Shown one piece after another: positions 48,684-62,376 of a stretch of 64,000 nt of DNA. The stretch is from Marsupella aquatica. Lineage: Eukaryota > Plantae > Marchantiophyta. The translations under genes were made by a program, and so were the position numbers. The stretch covers positions 13,767,934 to 13,831,933 of the forward strand of contig OZ316899.1 in the NCBI GenBank assembly GCA_973895155.1, read 5' to 3'. How positions within the stretch are numbered: the stretch's first letter is position 1; every line of letters begins with the position of its first letter. Under the pieces are notes generated by a model. That model was given only the letters and a program-made list of their open reading frames with translations, did not search any database and was not told the origin of the DNA.

Positions 48684-51600
48684 CATTGCCGCCAGGACGC
48701 CCGACCACCTGAAATGCAAGAATACAACTCGGACCACGCAGAACACACCATCCGACACCATCAACAAACAACAAAGAACTCTACGACTACGAAGAACCAG
48801 TTCACCAGACTGGACAGTCATAAAAGATACACCTAGTAAAACAAAAAGAAGAACACTTACTGTTACAAACTGACCAAGATAAGGGCAATAGGCCAAACTA
48901 TCAAATGGGTGATGGTAACACTCTTTCCCCCCACAAAGGCGGAGGGGGGGTTTTAATGAGGTTACATCCCCATTTAAATAGACACAATAGCTTAGGCCTC
49001 AATATAAAACAGAGTAGACACAAGTGGGAGTATCATTTACCCAGAAATGTTACCCCCAAGGGGGAGTGTTATAACCCTAGTTAGACCTAGTATAACCCAG
49101 GGTTATGTCTACTCTACCAGGGGCAGGAATAATTGCCTAACTACCAAGTCCTTAGGGACACACTATGTAACACCTCGGAGATGGAATGGAAGGATTGATT
49201 CTATGGAGAACACAACAGTTGTAGAATAAATAATCAAGATTCTTTGTACAAATCTTGAGATATGTAGCTCTAGGTATTTAGCCTAAGGTTGTTAAGAAAG
49301 ATTCTTGACCTTAGATGTACTATGGCAATTGAGTGGCTTTGATTGGATTTGAGTGGAGGTCATAGGGCACCAACCATATAAATAAGAGGGAGTGGAGGCT
49401 CACTTCCTCACTTGCTCATTAGTTGCTCACTTGCTTGGAGGGGCGCCACTGGTTGGGACTCAAGGAAGGAGGAGTGGGGATTAGTGAGGAGTCAGAGTGT
49501 GTGGCACCTTGGGAGTTAGGAGCTAGTGTTCATGAAAGACTCTAGTATTGAAGACCTTGGGTGGAGCCCAAGCTTGTACTAAGTTTACTTGATATAAACC
49601 TATGTGTCTTCTTTCCTTGGACACTCTTATTCTAACTTGTGAAGGGAGTGTGATACTTTCTTTCGACGGTTTTATGACATGTTTTTGACGGTTTTCTTTT
49701 GACATTTTTGTGACATCTTTTATAAGGAGTACTTTGGTGATAGAGTTTTGCTTACCAAACAACGTTGGAGTACATCACCAAGATTTCTTGGACAAGAAAT
49801 GATGTGATTGTATGCTCGGTGGTTGTTTGGCCAAGCACTAGAACACTAAGTGGAAACTTTATTTTTGTTTGAGGTTTTGAAGCCAAACTTTGGTGATCGA
49901 GTGTTGGTTGATCAAGAAGGCTCTGGGGTGTAGTATGAGCAAGGATTCCTATGGTGAGTCTTGACATGACTATATTGGCAAGATGCAATTCATTGATCGC
50001 TAGCGAATCAAAGTGGCACTTCCATTTTTTGTGGTTAGACAATTAGAAGTTATATAGGCTGACTTGTTGGATGGTAGCCTGACATAACAATCCACGGTGG
50101 TGACAGCCCGTGGTGGTTCTGACATTGGTTGGTGCAGGGTGACCAGTTATAGAGGTTAGAAGTCTCCTTGATGGATTTCTCTTCTGACGACAGAAGTAAA
50201 ATCATCTAGTGCAAGTTTGGATTTGATATAAGATTACTAATGTGGTGGCAGCCAATAATAGTCTTGTAATTGTTTGGAATAGTAAAATCTGTGGTATGTG
50301 TGTGAGGATTTAGTTTTCCTAAGATAGATGTGTTGTGAGTACTAATTTCCAAGATTACATCCCTCCTGAGAACCCGAAATGATAAGGGATTGTGTTTTGA
50401 GAGTAAAATGAATTACGTATGTGTTAAGTCCCAAAGCTGAGGTCTGACATAGTGTCAAACTCAACCTACTATTTTTTGGCGCCGCTACCGGGGAATCAAA
50501 CTAGTTTTTTGCAGACAACTAGTGGAGCCATGTACTTGGAAATAATTTTTAGAAGAAAGAAAAAAGAAAACAGAGTTTAGTGATATTGTGTATGTAAAAT
50601 GGAGTTTCATTATATAGTACCTAAGTGTTTAGTTTGTGGAAGTATGGAACCTTAGTAGTCTTTAGAAGAAAACTAGTAAGAGATTATAAGTATGATAGTA
50701 AGGTTGAGAGGATTGATGTGCATGTGTGTCTAAGTAATATTATAGTTTATCTCTCACACCAAAGGAAAAGTTTTAAGTTGCATGTCTTAAGAATGCCTGG
50801 GTGTAGAATGCAAATACTGGAATTGAATTAAAAAGGAGACAATGGATTTAAATCAACCACCCACAGTCATATGTGCGCTGCGTTCAAACCTAACCCTTAA
50901 GATTATGGTATGAAAAAAGTAGATCATCATGAAATGCTTACAGTGAGAAAGTTTGGAGAGGATGGATACAATGCTATCATTGCTTCCAAGGAGCCCTTAA
51001 TCCTCCTAGGATTTCCACAAAATATTACATGTATCTGTATTTTTGTGTAAAAATAATAATGACAGTACTTAAGATAGAATTTTGTAATTTAGAGTAGTTG
51101 GTCAATTGAAGTCATCATGAGTTGCAAACTACCAGGGGTATTTTAGTGACAAGACGGAGCAACACAAGAATATGTAGTGTTGATTTAAGAACTAACTCTT
51201 TAGCTGTCTGCTAATTATTGATAACAAGATACTTGGCATTGTTAGCATGAGATAGTGCAAAGTAGGCCAAACCTTATTGCATTAAGGATCCCAATTGTAA
51301 ATCATTGTTAGCCTGTAGAGACTAACTAAGGAGCATGCAAGATGATTGGAGGTTTAGACGTATGGATTGGAGATATAGAGGTTCAGCTAGTTTAGAAACT
51401 GTAGTAGCTTATCCATGGTTGGAAATAGTTGTGTTGAGTGGAAATCAATTGTTTGTGATACAATTCATTTATGGACGACATGGAGTAGTGGTATGGTCAT
51501 CCGGGTGGATTGATTTGTATCAACCAAGAAGGTTGTAATTAGAGTAATAGTGAAGTGATGGCTGATTACTAGCTAGGGCATGCCGCGAACAACACCCATT

Positions 51601-53279
51601 CCATTGGTGTTGCACTACCTCTTGGAGGAACAAAACAAATGGCTCCATTTGCCTTTGGAACATAAGATATTCGTCCATGATGGTGCTTTTGGTAAATCAC
51701 TCCAATGTTGTATGACTTGGGAGTGATTTCCCCAAGGTTGCATCATCTAAGTAATTTCAAAAACATGGCTCCAAAGTGCTCATGGTGCAACTAGTGGTTG
51801 GAGAATAGTAAGTATAATGGGTATAGTACCCTGCACGTAGTGGAGAGGTTGCCACCTTCATGTAGGGCCCAATGGCACACCTTAAGCTCCTAGACCCAAA
51901 AAGGGTCATTTATGATGGTCCATAATGACACCATGAGGGACCTCTATAATGACCCCATATGTAGTCATTTGGCACAAATGACCTCCAAAATGACTGCCAA
52001 AATGACCCTTATTGTAGTCTTTGGCATTAATGACACTCTATTCCTCCAAAATGACCCAATGAAGATTACAACACCTACTCACAATGCCCCAACACTATTC
52101 ATATGCAAAATGGAGTATTCCTCATCCAAACACCGGCACAAACATGACATGTTCCTAAAACGTATGACAACCTTCCATTGGTGTTGGGCGACTTCCTGGA
52201 GAGACAAAAATGGCGTTATTTGCCTTTGGAACCGATGGTTTGCATCCATGGAGACACTTTTGGCAAATCACTCCAAAGTCGTATGACTTGGGAGTGATTT
52301 CACCAAAGGTGCATCATGCCTTAAGTAAACGCAAAAACATGTGTCCAAAGTGTTTATGCCGCAACTAGTGGTTGGACAATGATGAGTGTAGTGTCCTGCA
52401 CCTAGTGGAGAGTTTCTCACCTCTACTCACTTTATCTTTTCTGAGACTACTCTTTTGGATATTTGAGATTTGAAAAGTTATACCCCTTTAGTTTCCTTTG
52501 TTAGAAGTTTACACCTATAAGACCCCTCAGTTTATCCATCTGTGGGGGGATACACACACTTTATTTAGAAAGATATTTTGAATAAGTGTTCCACCTTCCA
52601 TTCTAACAAGGATGTCTTGTATGGAAGTAAAACATGTGAATGAATTCAGGAGATTCCTTATGGTGATTGAATCACAACTTTTTAAGATTCTTATTGAATT
52701 CACTGCTAAGCTTGCTTGTTGTGTCAAGATTCATTAGTTAATTTGAGAATGGATGTTTGAATTGAAGGAGCAAAATTCCATCTTGAGTATCATAGTACCG
52801 TTGATTTACTTTGGCATATGTATTAGAGTTTGATTTGAATTGCGTATCGCTGATAATCAAACCATGTTGACGGCATTTTCATACATCTCAGTAAATCAGC
52901 CAAAAATGTACTGTGGATTTGGTGAGCAAGAGAATCCTTTTATTTTTCAACTTTATGATTCCAAAAGAAAAGAGAGAAATTGATTTGGAAGGTTGAATTT
53001 TGTCTATATTGAGTCCATAGTCCTTTATGAAGGAGTGGCAGTAGCATGTTAAAACCAATCTAATCATAGATTTCTTCTTCCTTTTGGATTTATAACTCAA
53101 GAGTTATCTTTTCCTTGTGTTTTGTTAATTTTAGTATTTGTCTGAGATTGAAAGTTTTAGAGCAAGAGCTCTTAACCATCCAAATTCGTTAAATCATTCA
53201 ATCTACTTCCAATCTGTTCTTGAAGGGACCGAATTCCAAGTTTATAAAGATAAATTACTACTTTTTGTTCTTCCTATCA

Positions 53280-54943
53280 TACAATAGTCTATGCCGGATA
53301 ACTGGAACAATGCCTTCCAAAAGTGGCCCATGAACTTGGTGTCGCGGTCGGATAGGATATGCAACGGCAATCCCCGTTGTTGGAAGACATTGTCAAACAT
53401 TAGGCCAACAACCTTTCGGCCCAAAACCATTTTTGTAGTCAGCAAAAAATACGCCTTCTAGGAAAAACTATCCACAATTGTTAAGATGGAGTTACTATCG
53501 TGGGACTCAGGTAACCCCACAATGAAGTCCATGGAGATGGTCTCCCACGGAGCCATGGCTACTGGTAAGGGTTGTAGAAGTCCTCCTTTTGCCCTATAGA
53601 CCGTTCGATTCTTTTGGCATGAGTAACAACTTTGCACGCGGCAAAGAACCAACTGCTTTATGTCTTGACACATGCTGCAATACGTAGCAGCTTGTCCGCC
53701 ATGCCCACCCCAGGCGAGTCATGGTACTTTTGCAGAACCTCCAATCTTAGAGACTTTGGGATGTACACATGCCTCTGCTTGTATCGCCATAATTAGACAT
53801 TATGCATGGTATACAACCCCAATAAAACATGCCTTACCTTGCCTTGGCTATCCCCATTGCTTTGCCACTCCTTGGCTAACCTATCATCCCCATATGCCTT
53901 GGCCAAAACCTTTTGCCACTTGGATTTGAGCATCGTGATCCCATTGACACAAGGATGGTTCCTACGTGATAACGCGTCAGCTGCCGTGTTTGTCTTCCTA
54001 GAAACGTGACGGACTTTGAAATCAAATCCGCCAAGAATATCTACCAGCGCATTTTGTTGGGGTTTAGCCTTGGCTTAGAACTGAAGTATGTTGTCGGCGA
54101 GGTATATGTGTGTATTACCACCTTGGGACCGTTCTAAGGTAAATCTCCCACTTCTTCAATGTGTAGATCACAACATACATTTCCCTCTCCGGGGTGATCC
54201 AATGATTTTCCAACTTACATGACTCAAAGGCCACTGGACGCCCGTCTTGGTGTAGACAAGCGCCAATGGTGTAATCAATTGCGTCTATCCAAATCTTGAA
54301 CGGCTTCCCCGTCTTAGGTAACTTTAGAACTGGTGGCGTTATCATTAGCCGCTTGAGTTCTAGGAATGCTAACTCGCAATCTTGTGTCCACACAAACACT
54401 TTGTTTTTCATTGTTAGCGCATTTACAGGCCTCGCAATCCTTGCATAGTCTTTCATGTATCTCCGATAGAACCCCGTAAATCGTAAGAAGGCTCTAACTT
54501 GGCTTACATTAATTGGATGGGCATTCCCATTCTTTGATCTCCTTAAGCTTATCCTTAATCTTGAGAAATCCCCTCCGTGGTAAAGGTATGGCCAAGGAAC
54601 TGAATCTCGTTCATCGCAAACTTGCACTTGCTAGGTTTAGCAAAGAGACAAGCCTTACAAAGGCAAGAGAATATTTCTCTGAGCAATTGCTTGTGTTCCT
54701 CCAACGTTTTCAAGTACATAAGGATGTCATCAATAAAAACTACCACTCCTTGGTCCAACAAGTCATGAAAGATGGTATTCATCATTTTCATGAATGCTGC
54801 GGTTGCATTACACAACCTGAACGACATATTAACCAAAAATTTGTAGGATCCAAACCTTGTGTGCATTGTGGTCTTATACTCATCTCCCTTAGCCATGCGG
54901 ATTTGGTAATACCCAGACCGCAAGTCCACCTTTGAAAACTTCT
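53280..54943 (-). pseudogene. Duplicate of the element C pol fragment
   Basis: Translations identical to 5574-7237. Confidence 0.92.
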
Positions 54944-57900
54944 TGTTGGGATATGATCTAGACCAAACAAGATAGCATCAACACATGTGAACAACATCCA
55001 TAGACTCTGACACTAAAAGTACGTGGTTCACCCTGTCTGCTACGTCCATGGCCGTGAGAGAAATGCAGTAATACACACCGATTACATCTGCCATAGCCAA
55101 CGTGCTAGAGCTCCTCCTCTCATTCTCTCACTCTATCTCTTGAAGAGTGAACCTTCAAATATGAGCACAAGTTTTTGTTCCCCTTGGGTATACCCCCTCC
55201 CATGGTCTATGGGAACCTGGAACTCAAACTAGTGCTATCCTAGTATAGTGAAGTCTAGCTAGTACTATGGAAGTATATAGGTTATACTAGAGGCATAACC
55301 TAACAAACTCCCCCTTGACTCTAGTCCTTAGCTAACTACCTGGTAGTGTTACTTCTAACTATCCGTATGAATCTCCTCGGGAAGTTCTAGAAGGTAAAAC
55401 CAATGAGTTTTCCCTCTATACCCGAGAGCTAACTAGAACTAAGCCGTAGTTGACAAAGTATCAGATAGAGCAGACATACTTAGAAATAAACTACCTACCT
55501 AGTACTAGCTCTTGTTACCCATATGTATCTCCTTGGGAAATTCTAAACAGAAAACCTATGTTTCCCCCTTCTCCATGAGGGTTAACTGGAATTAGACCAT
55601 AGCCGGTACATACCGGATAGAGAATACGTATGCAAGAAAACTAACACTAAGCATCCTTGTGCAAAATTTGAAGCCTTGCACAATGCTCCGTGAAACTAGC
55701 CAAAGGAATGACTTTGGTTAATTAACATATCAGCAGGATTGAGTTTTCCATCAATCTTGATTAACTCAATCTCTTTCTCAGCAACAACTTGCCTGAGAAA
55801 ATGATATCTGATATCAATGTGCTTTACCTTGCCATGCGTCACTTGGTTTGCCGCAATATGTATAGCACTATTGCTATCACAATGAAGATCCTCCAACTTA
55901 CACATCCTCCTGCCAACATGAAAGAATACCCTGTTGTAGACTTTTGCTGATCCAAATCACCACCGTAGTCTGAATCCACATATCCAACAACGCATTGTTT
56001 GAATGTGCATCAAACAACAAACCAGATGTGCCGTGTAAGTACCTTAGAATCCATTTGACTGTTTTCCAATATACCTTCCCTGGGTTAACCATGTACCTAC
56101 TCACCACACCCACAGCACGCGCTATGTCTGGTCGAGTACTAACCATAAGGTACATCAAACTACCCACTGCACTGTCGTAAGGAATCTTAGACATCAACCC
56201 CTTTTCAATTGCATCTGTGGGACAAGATGGGGCCAAAAGCTTGAAATGTGTTGCCAGAGGAGTAGTTACATCCTTAGCACTTGCCATGTTGAACTTGCAA
56301 GTACCTTCTTTGTATACTTACTCTATGTCAGCCACAATTTTCCCTTTTTCCTGTCTCTATGAATCTCCATCTCAAGTATGCATCTTGTTGATCCTAAATC
56401 CTTCATACTAAACTCTGAGCTCTTGAACTGAGTCTTGAGTTTAATAATCTCTGCCATATCATCCACATAAAGGACCAGAACAATGAAACCAAACATTGCA
56501 TTGCTCACCTTCTTCATGTAGACACAACAGTCATATTCAATCTGAACAAAACCCAGTAACAACATAAAGGTATAAAACCTCTTGTTCCACTGTCTTGGAC
56601 TTTGTTTCAGACCATAAAGCGACTTCAACAGCTTACACATCAAGTGCTCCCTACCCTTAGCCACAAATCCTTGTGGCCGCCTCATGAATATCAATTCATC
56701 TAGTAGTCCATACAAAAAAGCTGTGACTACATCCATATGCTCCATGCACAGATCAAACAGAGCAACCAATGCCATAATCAAGCGCAAAGTAGCCATCGCT
56801 ACTACTGGTGAGAAGACCTCATTATAGTCCACACTCTTCCTTTGGGTGAATCCCTTGGCCACAAGCCTGGCCTTGTAGATCTTCTCTGCATGTTCAAAAG
56901 CGTCATCCTTCTTCTTGAACACCCACTTGTTGTCAATGACCTGTTTACCTTCAGGAAGCTTAGCCAACTCCCAAGTCTTGTTCTTATGCAGTGATTGCAT
57001 CTCTATTTGCATGGCAACACTCCATTGTGCTTTATCCATAAAAGACATGGCTTCACCATATGGAAATGGATCACCATCTTCTGTAAGCATAATGGCTCCA
57101 GAATCATCAATATCATCATCACTCTCCAACTGGTATGAGGAAAACCATGTACCATACCTTTTTGGAGCTTGAACTGGCCGTGAAGATGACCGCCTAGATG
57201 ACTCACCCACACTAGGAGCAACTGATTCTCCACTCACTATAGCTGCTGGTACTGGAGCCAATGGTACCGTCGGCACTGGTGTTGGTCCATGAGCATACTC
57301 ATGCTCAATCTCCCCCTCAATCGTGTCAGCATCAGGAGTATGTGGCATTTCTTCCCCCTCCTTCAATGATGGACCTTCATTGAAGGAAACATCCCTGCTG
57401 ACTACCAACTTTTGCGCCTCTGGGTTCCAAAAGACAATACCCTTTTACTCCCTTCTGGTAGCCAAGAAACACACATTTCATAGACTTTGGGTCAAGCTTA
57501 TTTTGTGAAACTGGAGGCAACAACGCATATGCCTCACATCCAAACACACGCAACCTCGTGTAATCTGCAGGTCTCTTGTGCCATATCTCAAACGAAGTCT
57601 TAAGACCAATACTACTAACTGGAGACAATGTTAGCAGGTAAGTTACTGTGTTGATAGCTTCAGCCCAAAAGATCTTTGATAGATTTGCTTGGCTCAAGAT
57701 ACTTCTGTACCTCTCCAATAGTGTCATGTTCAGCCTCTCAGAAACACCATTCTGTTGAAGAGTATATACATTGGTCAAATGTTGGGTAATGCCTTCACGC
57801 TCTAAATAGAGATGAAACTCATTAGAGATATACTCACCTCCATTGTCTGAACAAAGAAATTTCACCTTCTTCCCTGTTTGTGTCTTAACCTGCATCTTCC

Positions 57901-58331
57901 ACTTCTTGAAGATTGAGAACACCTCAGACTTCTCACGCATAAAGTACACCCAAATCATCCTTGAATAATCATCAATAAAATACTTAATACTTCATAATAC
58001 GTAATACTTCATTCATGACATTGAGAGCTCAGGTGATTCCCACACATAAGAATGAATGTAATCCAAAATATCTTTAGAGGTATGATTGGTTGCTGAGAAA
58101 CTTACACGATGCTGCTTACCAAGGACACAATGTTGACAAAACCCCAACTTGCATGATTTTGCGCCTGGCAAGAGATTCTATTTGCACAACACAGTCAGCC
58201 CTTTCTCACTCATGTGACCCAACCGTGCATGCCACAATCATGTCTGATCCACCTCTGATGAAATTGAATTGGCACTACCAAGAATTGTGGTGCCTACTAG
58301 GATATATACTTAGATTACCCTGCTTCCTACC
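54944..58331 (-). mobile_element. Duplicate Copia 3' LTR (54944-55305) and pol
   Basis: Near-identical to 7238-10625. Confidence 0.95.
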
Positions 58332-60731
58332 TGTGGTGCGTCCCATGGCTCCCTAAACCCAAGAAACCCCCCAGCTCAAGCCGATTCCCGCAGGTTTCGC
58401 GCTTGGCAAGGCCGTTTCCGCAGCTTAGCGGCATGGGACGCTGCTAACCTTCTACTACTACTATTAACATTTTACACACATATACTGGACAGATCCTTCA
58501 TCGGGTCATGAGATACGTAGCCGGCCTAATCTAGGCCTTCCCCTGTCTTCCCCTCCGTCTTGTTAGGTATGTTTGGATTCCGCCGTCGGAATGATCCCCA
58601 ATAGGCTTGGTTAAGCCGCTAAGACCTCTCTCAGCTCGACACATCCAACTCTCACTCCCCTGCTTACTTTCCTTCCTTTTGGTTGATGTGGGCACTCTTC
58701 ACACAAGTTAATGCGACACACAAATAGCAAAATGACTCATTCTGACTGAGTCATACCATGCACTTGCCATACAAACAGTACATCTCATACACAAGCTCTG
58801 CGAACTAAGCCGTGAGGCCAACTCTATTCAGCTCTTAGGCATGAGGAAACATGAATATACACAAGGGTCACTGTATGACTAACCGAGGGCTTCTCGTACT
58901 ACTTGATCCCAGCCCGGCTGGTGCAAACTAAAAACTTGCTAAAGAAGAGGCCCTGAGCTCCCCGCTGCCCAGGTACTTATCCTGGTAGTGGATCCGCCAT
59001 TCTTTGCATCGTAAGCCTAATCTACTTAACAGTAATCTACTTGCCCGAATCTACCTATGTACAGCAAGGCAAGAGCACAAGTGTTGCTCCTACCAGTGGG
59101 ACCGCAATCCCACTAAGCTAAGTGTCAGGGCCGCTCCTGGTCCTGATCCTAATCTTAAACTTGGAGATCAGCGCCCGCCCTGCCCACTCACGCCTCCTCC
59201 CTCCACGTCCGCCCTCCCTAAAAGGAACGACGCCCTTGCACCGTCACGACACCGGTGGTGGATCCTTAATGGACGCCCCCAACGCTTCCTCCTCAGCCAC
59301 TGCCGTAGGTTCATTTTCTGACAGATTACCTGCCCTTGACTGAGTCAACTCTCCATCAGCCTGACTGGGTCCACCATCGGCGTCGGCATCGGCTCGGGAA
59401 TCGGTTACGGCCTCTGCCTCGGCTACGGTCTCCCCGGCCTGCTTAAGAGGCGGATCTGGAATACCGGCCTCATTACTGAGTAGTTTGGCTTGGGCCGCAC
59501 CACCCCCACCTGTGATGATAGCGGGATCTATTGTCGTATTCATGCCGGAGGATGGTGCTGGTTCTACCTCCTTGGTCACCACGGCTTGTGGAGTCGGATT
59601 ACTCCTTGACCCTGAAGGTTTCCGCTTTTTCTTCTTTTCTGGTTCGGCAGCTGGTCCCTTCCCCTTCCCACTTACTTCCGGCACTGGTGCAGGTGGCGCG
59701 GATTTTTCTTCGGCCAGTACCACTCCTGGTAACTTGGTTGCCCCAATTGGAGTTGGGCCTGATGAAGACAAGCACTTAAATACTGCGGCTTGTTTCTTCA
59801 GCCGCTCTGTTTGGTTGTCGGCTCGCCGCTGGAGGTTCTCCATCTTCCTCGTGATTTCCTCCAACTCCTCCTGGGTCTCATCCAGGTCCTTGCGTGCCTC
59901 CTCTAGTTCCTTCTGGGCTTCCTCCCGTTCTTGTTTCAAGGTAGTCCTCTCCTCCCGGGTTGCTCTTAGCTCCTTGTCGAGCTCTGCAATGATGACAGAC
60001 TCCATTTGGTTCATCTTGGCGTAAGTCTGTTCGAGCATCTCGTCCTTCTCCCTTAGGTCGGCCTTGAAGCTGGCCGTCAGGGACGCAAGCTCCTGCTGCA
60101 GCGCCATAATCCCTTGATAGGATTTCCCTAACTCGGCCTCCTTCTGCTCAAGGGCTCCGCGGATTTTCTCGAGCTCCCCCTTCAACGCCCATTCCTTTCT
60201 TTGGGTCTCCGCCATGGCCTGGCTGTTGGCTGTTATGTGGGCCTCCTCTGTATTCTTCAGCTCTTGCTTCCACTTCTCCCTCTCTTTGATCGTGTCGGCC
60301 AACTCTCCCTACATCTGAGTCAGTTTTTCCTTGATATTCTGATTATCAGCCTGCACGGTGTCCAACTGCCCCTGCATGATGTTCAGCTCATGCCGTTTAA
60401 TCCGCAGTTCATCTTGGGCTTTCTTGGCCGCCCTTAGATCTTCAATCTCGGCTTCCATCCTCCTAAGCCGCCGAATGACCTCGTCCTTCTTGCTTCTCTC
60501 TAAAGCCACCGCTTCTTCTAATTGGTGCTTCTCCAACTGCTCCCTATGGAAAAAGGGTCCTACCTCCAACTCCTCTCCAAAGATGTCGAGCGCAAGTTCC
60601 CCACACATCTCACCATACTCCATGGCTCTATTCTTAGCGTAGGTGGAGTAAGTAGAAGTGATCGGCATCGCCCATCGCGGCCTCTGCTCCCAAGCCGTCC
60701 TGCGGATCTCTTCAATCGTGGCTAGAGGTTT
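58332..60731 (-). mobile_element. Truncated Gypsy A 3' LTR (duplicate copy) with the coiled-coil part of the LTR ORF
   Basis: Starts after CTACC; homology to A ends at GCTAGAGGTTT (60731). Confidence 0.95.
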
Positions 60732-62213
60732 GCTTCGCCAAACTCCGGGAGGTTGGTTGCGGCTGTAAGGGCAGGACATGCGCAGGTAGAGACAACGCAG
60801 AGAATAGAGCAAAATCAGGTTGAGTCTGCCTACCTAAAGGATGAAGTGGCAACCCTGGAGGCTGAACTCCAGCAACTATGGCCTCAGGTAACGGCCACGG
60901 AGGACCAGGTTGCCAAGGCTAGGGCCCGAGCAGCTTTAGCAAAACAGGCCGGGCTTGGAAAGGACGCTGAGATCGCACGGCTCCGGACCAAGATTGACGG
61001 TTTGAAGGGACAAGCCGTCAGTTGGCAAAAGGATCTGGAGGAAGCTGACTCTAGGTCTTAGCGGGACACAGTCGAGATTGACACCCTAAAGGTAGAGGTG
61101 GCACGGCTTCAAGGAGAAGCCACAAAACAGGCCCAGTTGGTGGATAAGCTAACGAGCAACACCCAGCAACTGGAGGAGGCACGCCAGGAGGTCGCCTAAG
61201 AGGCGGACACGGTGAAGCGGGAGAACGAATCTCTGCTGGACCAGGTCCAGCTACTCAAGCAGGATGCCGATAGACTCAGAAGGGAGCGGGATAGCCGCTC
61301 CCACTCAGGCGGCTCTGGCAAGCGTGCTAGGCATTAGCGGCGGAGTAGGATTAAAATAGAGTTAGGAATAGCTAAATCAGGCTATAGGGACAAGCACCTG
61401 CCTAGTTAAAGCAGCACTGCCATGCTGTCCAGCCTGCGTAGATTAGGATCTTCTAATAAGACAAGCCGTTTTCGGGCCTGATAGCCAGCTTAGTTAGGAC
61501 CTTAGTTAGCAAATCTTTGGGCGCGAGGGCACTCCGTTCCTCGGCCCTTAGTATTTAGTGCACCCCTCGGTAGAGGCAAGGGGGGGTTTTAGTCTCAATG
61601 TTGGACATCCGCGGTATGTGCAGGGAGTCCCGACCTCTGGGAGTGAAAGAGTACCAAGGGGAGGGCGTAGGACTAAGCTTGTTGGGCGAGTGCGGAGCTG
61701 GGCTCCGTTGTAGTGTACACCCTTGGCCTTGGACCTGTTCATTCAAGAGCTTTCGGGTCAACTAAGTGTACGCATATGTCTCCTATGTAGTAAAATCCTT
61801 TCCCATTATTTCCTTCGTGTAAATCAAGATTGTATGCTTGTGCGTATGTATATGTGTAAATCTTGTGTATAGGTGCCAACGCTTGGCCAAACGCCACTAC
61901 CCAAGTCGTGCACGGGGTGCAGCTTGCGGGTAAGTGGTTGCAAGCCCGGGTTAAGTACCCATATCATCGAATCCGGATCGAAGGCGAAGCCCGTAAGCCG
62001 GGGTCGATCCTGCTATCGACTGAGGTATGTTTTGGCAGTGGAACACTAACCATACCTAGGAGGTGTCCGTATATGACAATAGGCGCACTTAGCGCTAGTT
62101 TACGTGAGTTAGGTGCATTCCGTGCCTCCCTCCCTGCCCGAACCCTCATTTTGACAAAGGATGTGCCTGTCTAAGCCGAAGCCCGGGTTAAGGCCTAGAC
62201 TGACGACGTGACA
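60732..62213 (+). mobile_element. Partial LTR B2, inverted relative to B1, inserted in the Copia 5' LTR
   Basis: ORF 60753-61061 matches 46077-46478. Ends GACGACGTGACA at 62213, directly followed by Copia LTR sequence. Confidence 0.9.
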
Positions 62214-62376
62214 AAGAGTGAACCTTCAAATGTGAGCACAGGTATGTGTTCCCCTTGGGTATACCCCCTCCCATGGTCTATGGGAACCTGGAACTCAAAC
62301 TAGTGCTATCCTAGTATAGTGAAGTCTAGCTAGTACTATGGAAGTGTATAGGTTATACTAGAGGTATAACCTAACG
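62214..62376 (-). mobile_element. Outer part of the Copia 5' LTR, followed by TSD CTTCT
   Basis: Matches 7437-7599 with ~7 substitutions; CTTCT at 62377-62381. Confidence 0.92.

Larger units (their letters stand above)
47707..60731 (+). repeat. Segmental duplication of 1-13025 (offset 47,706 bp)
   Basis: ORFs from 50 to ~12,800 recur at +47,706 with no net indel, including all nested junctions. Confidence 0.98.
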
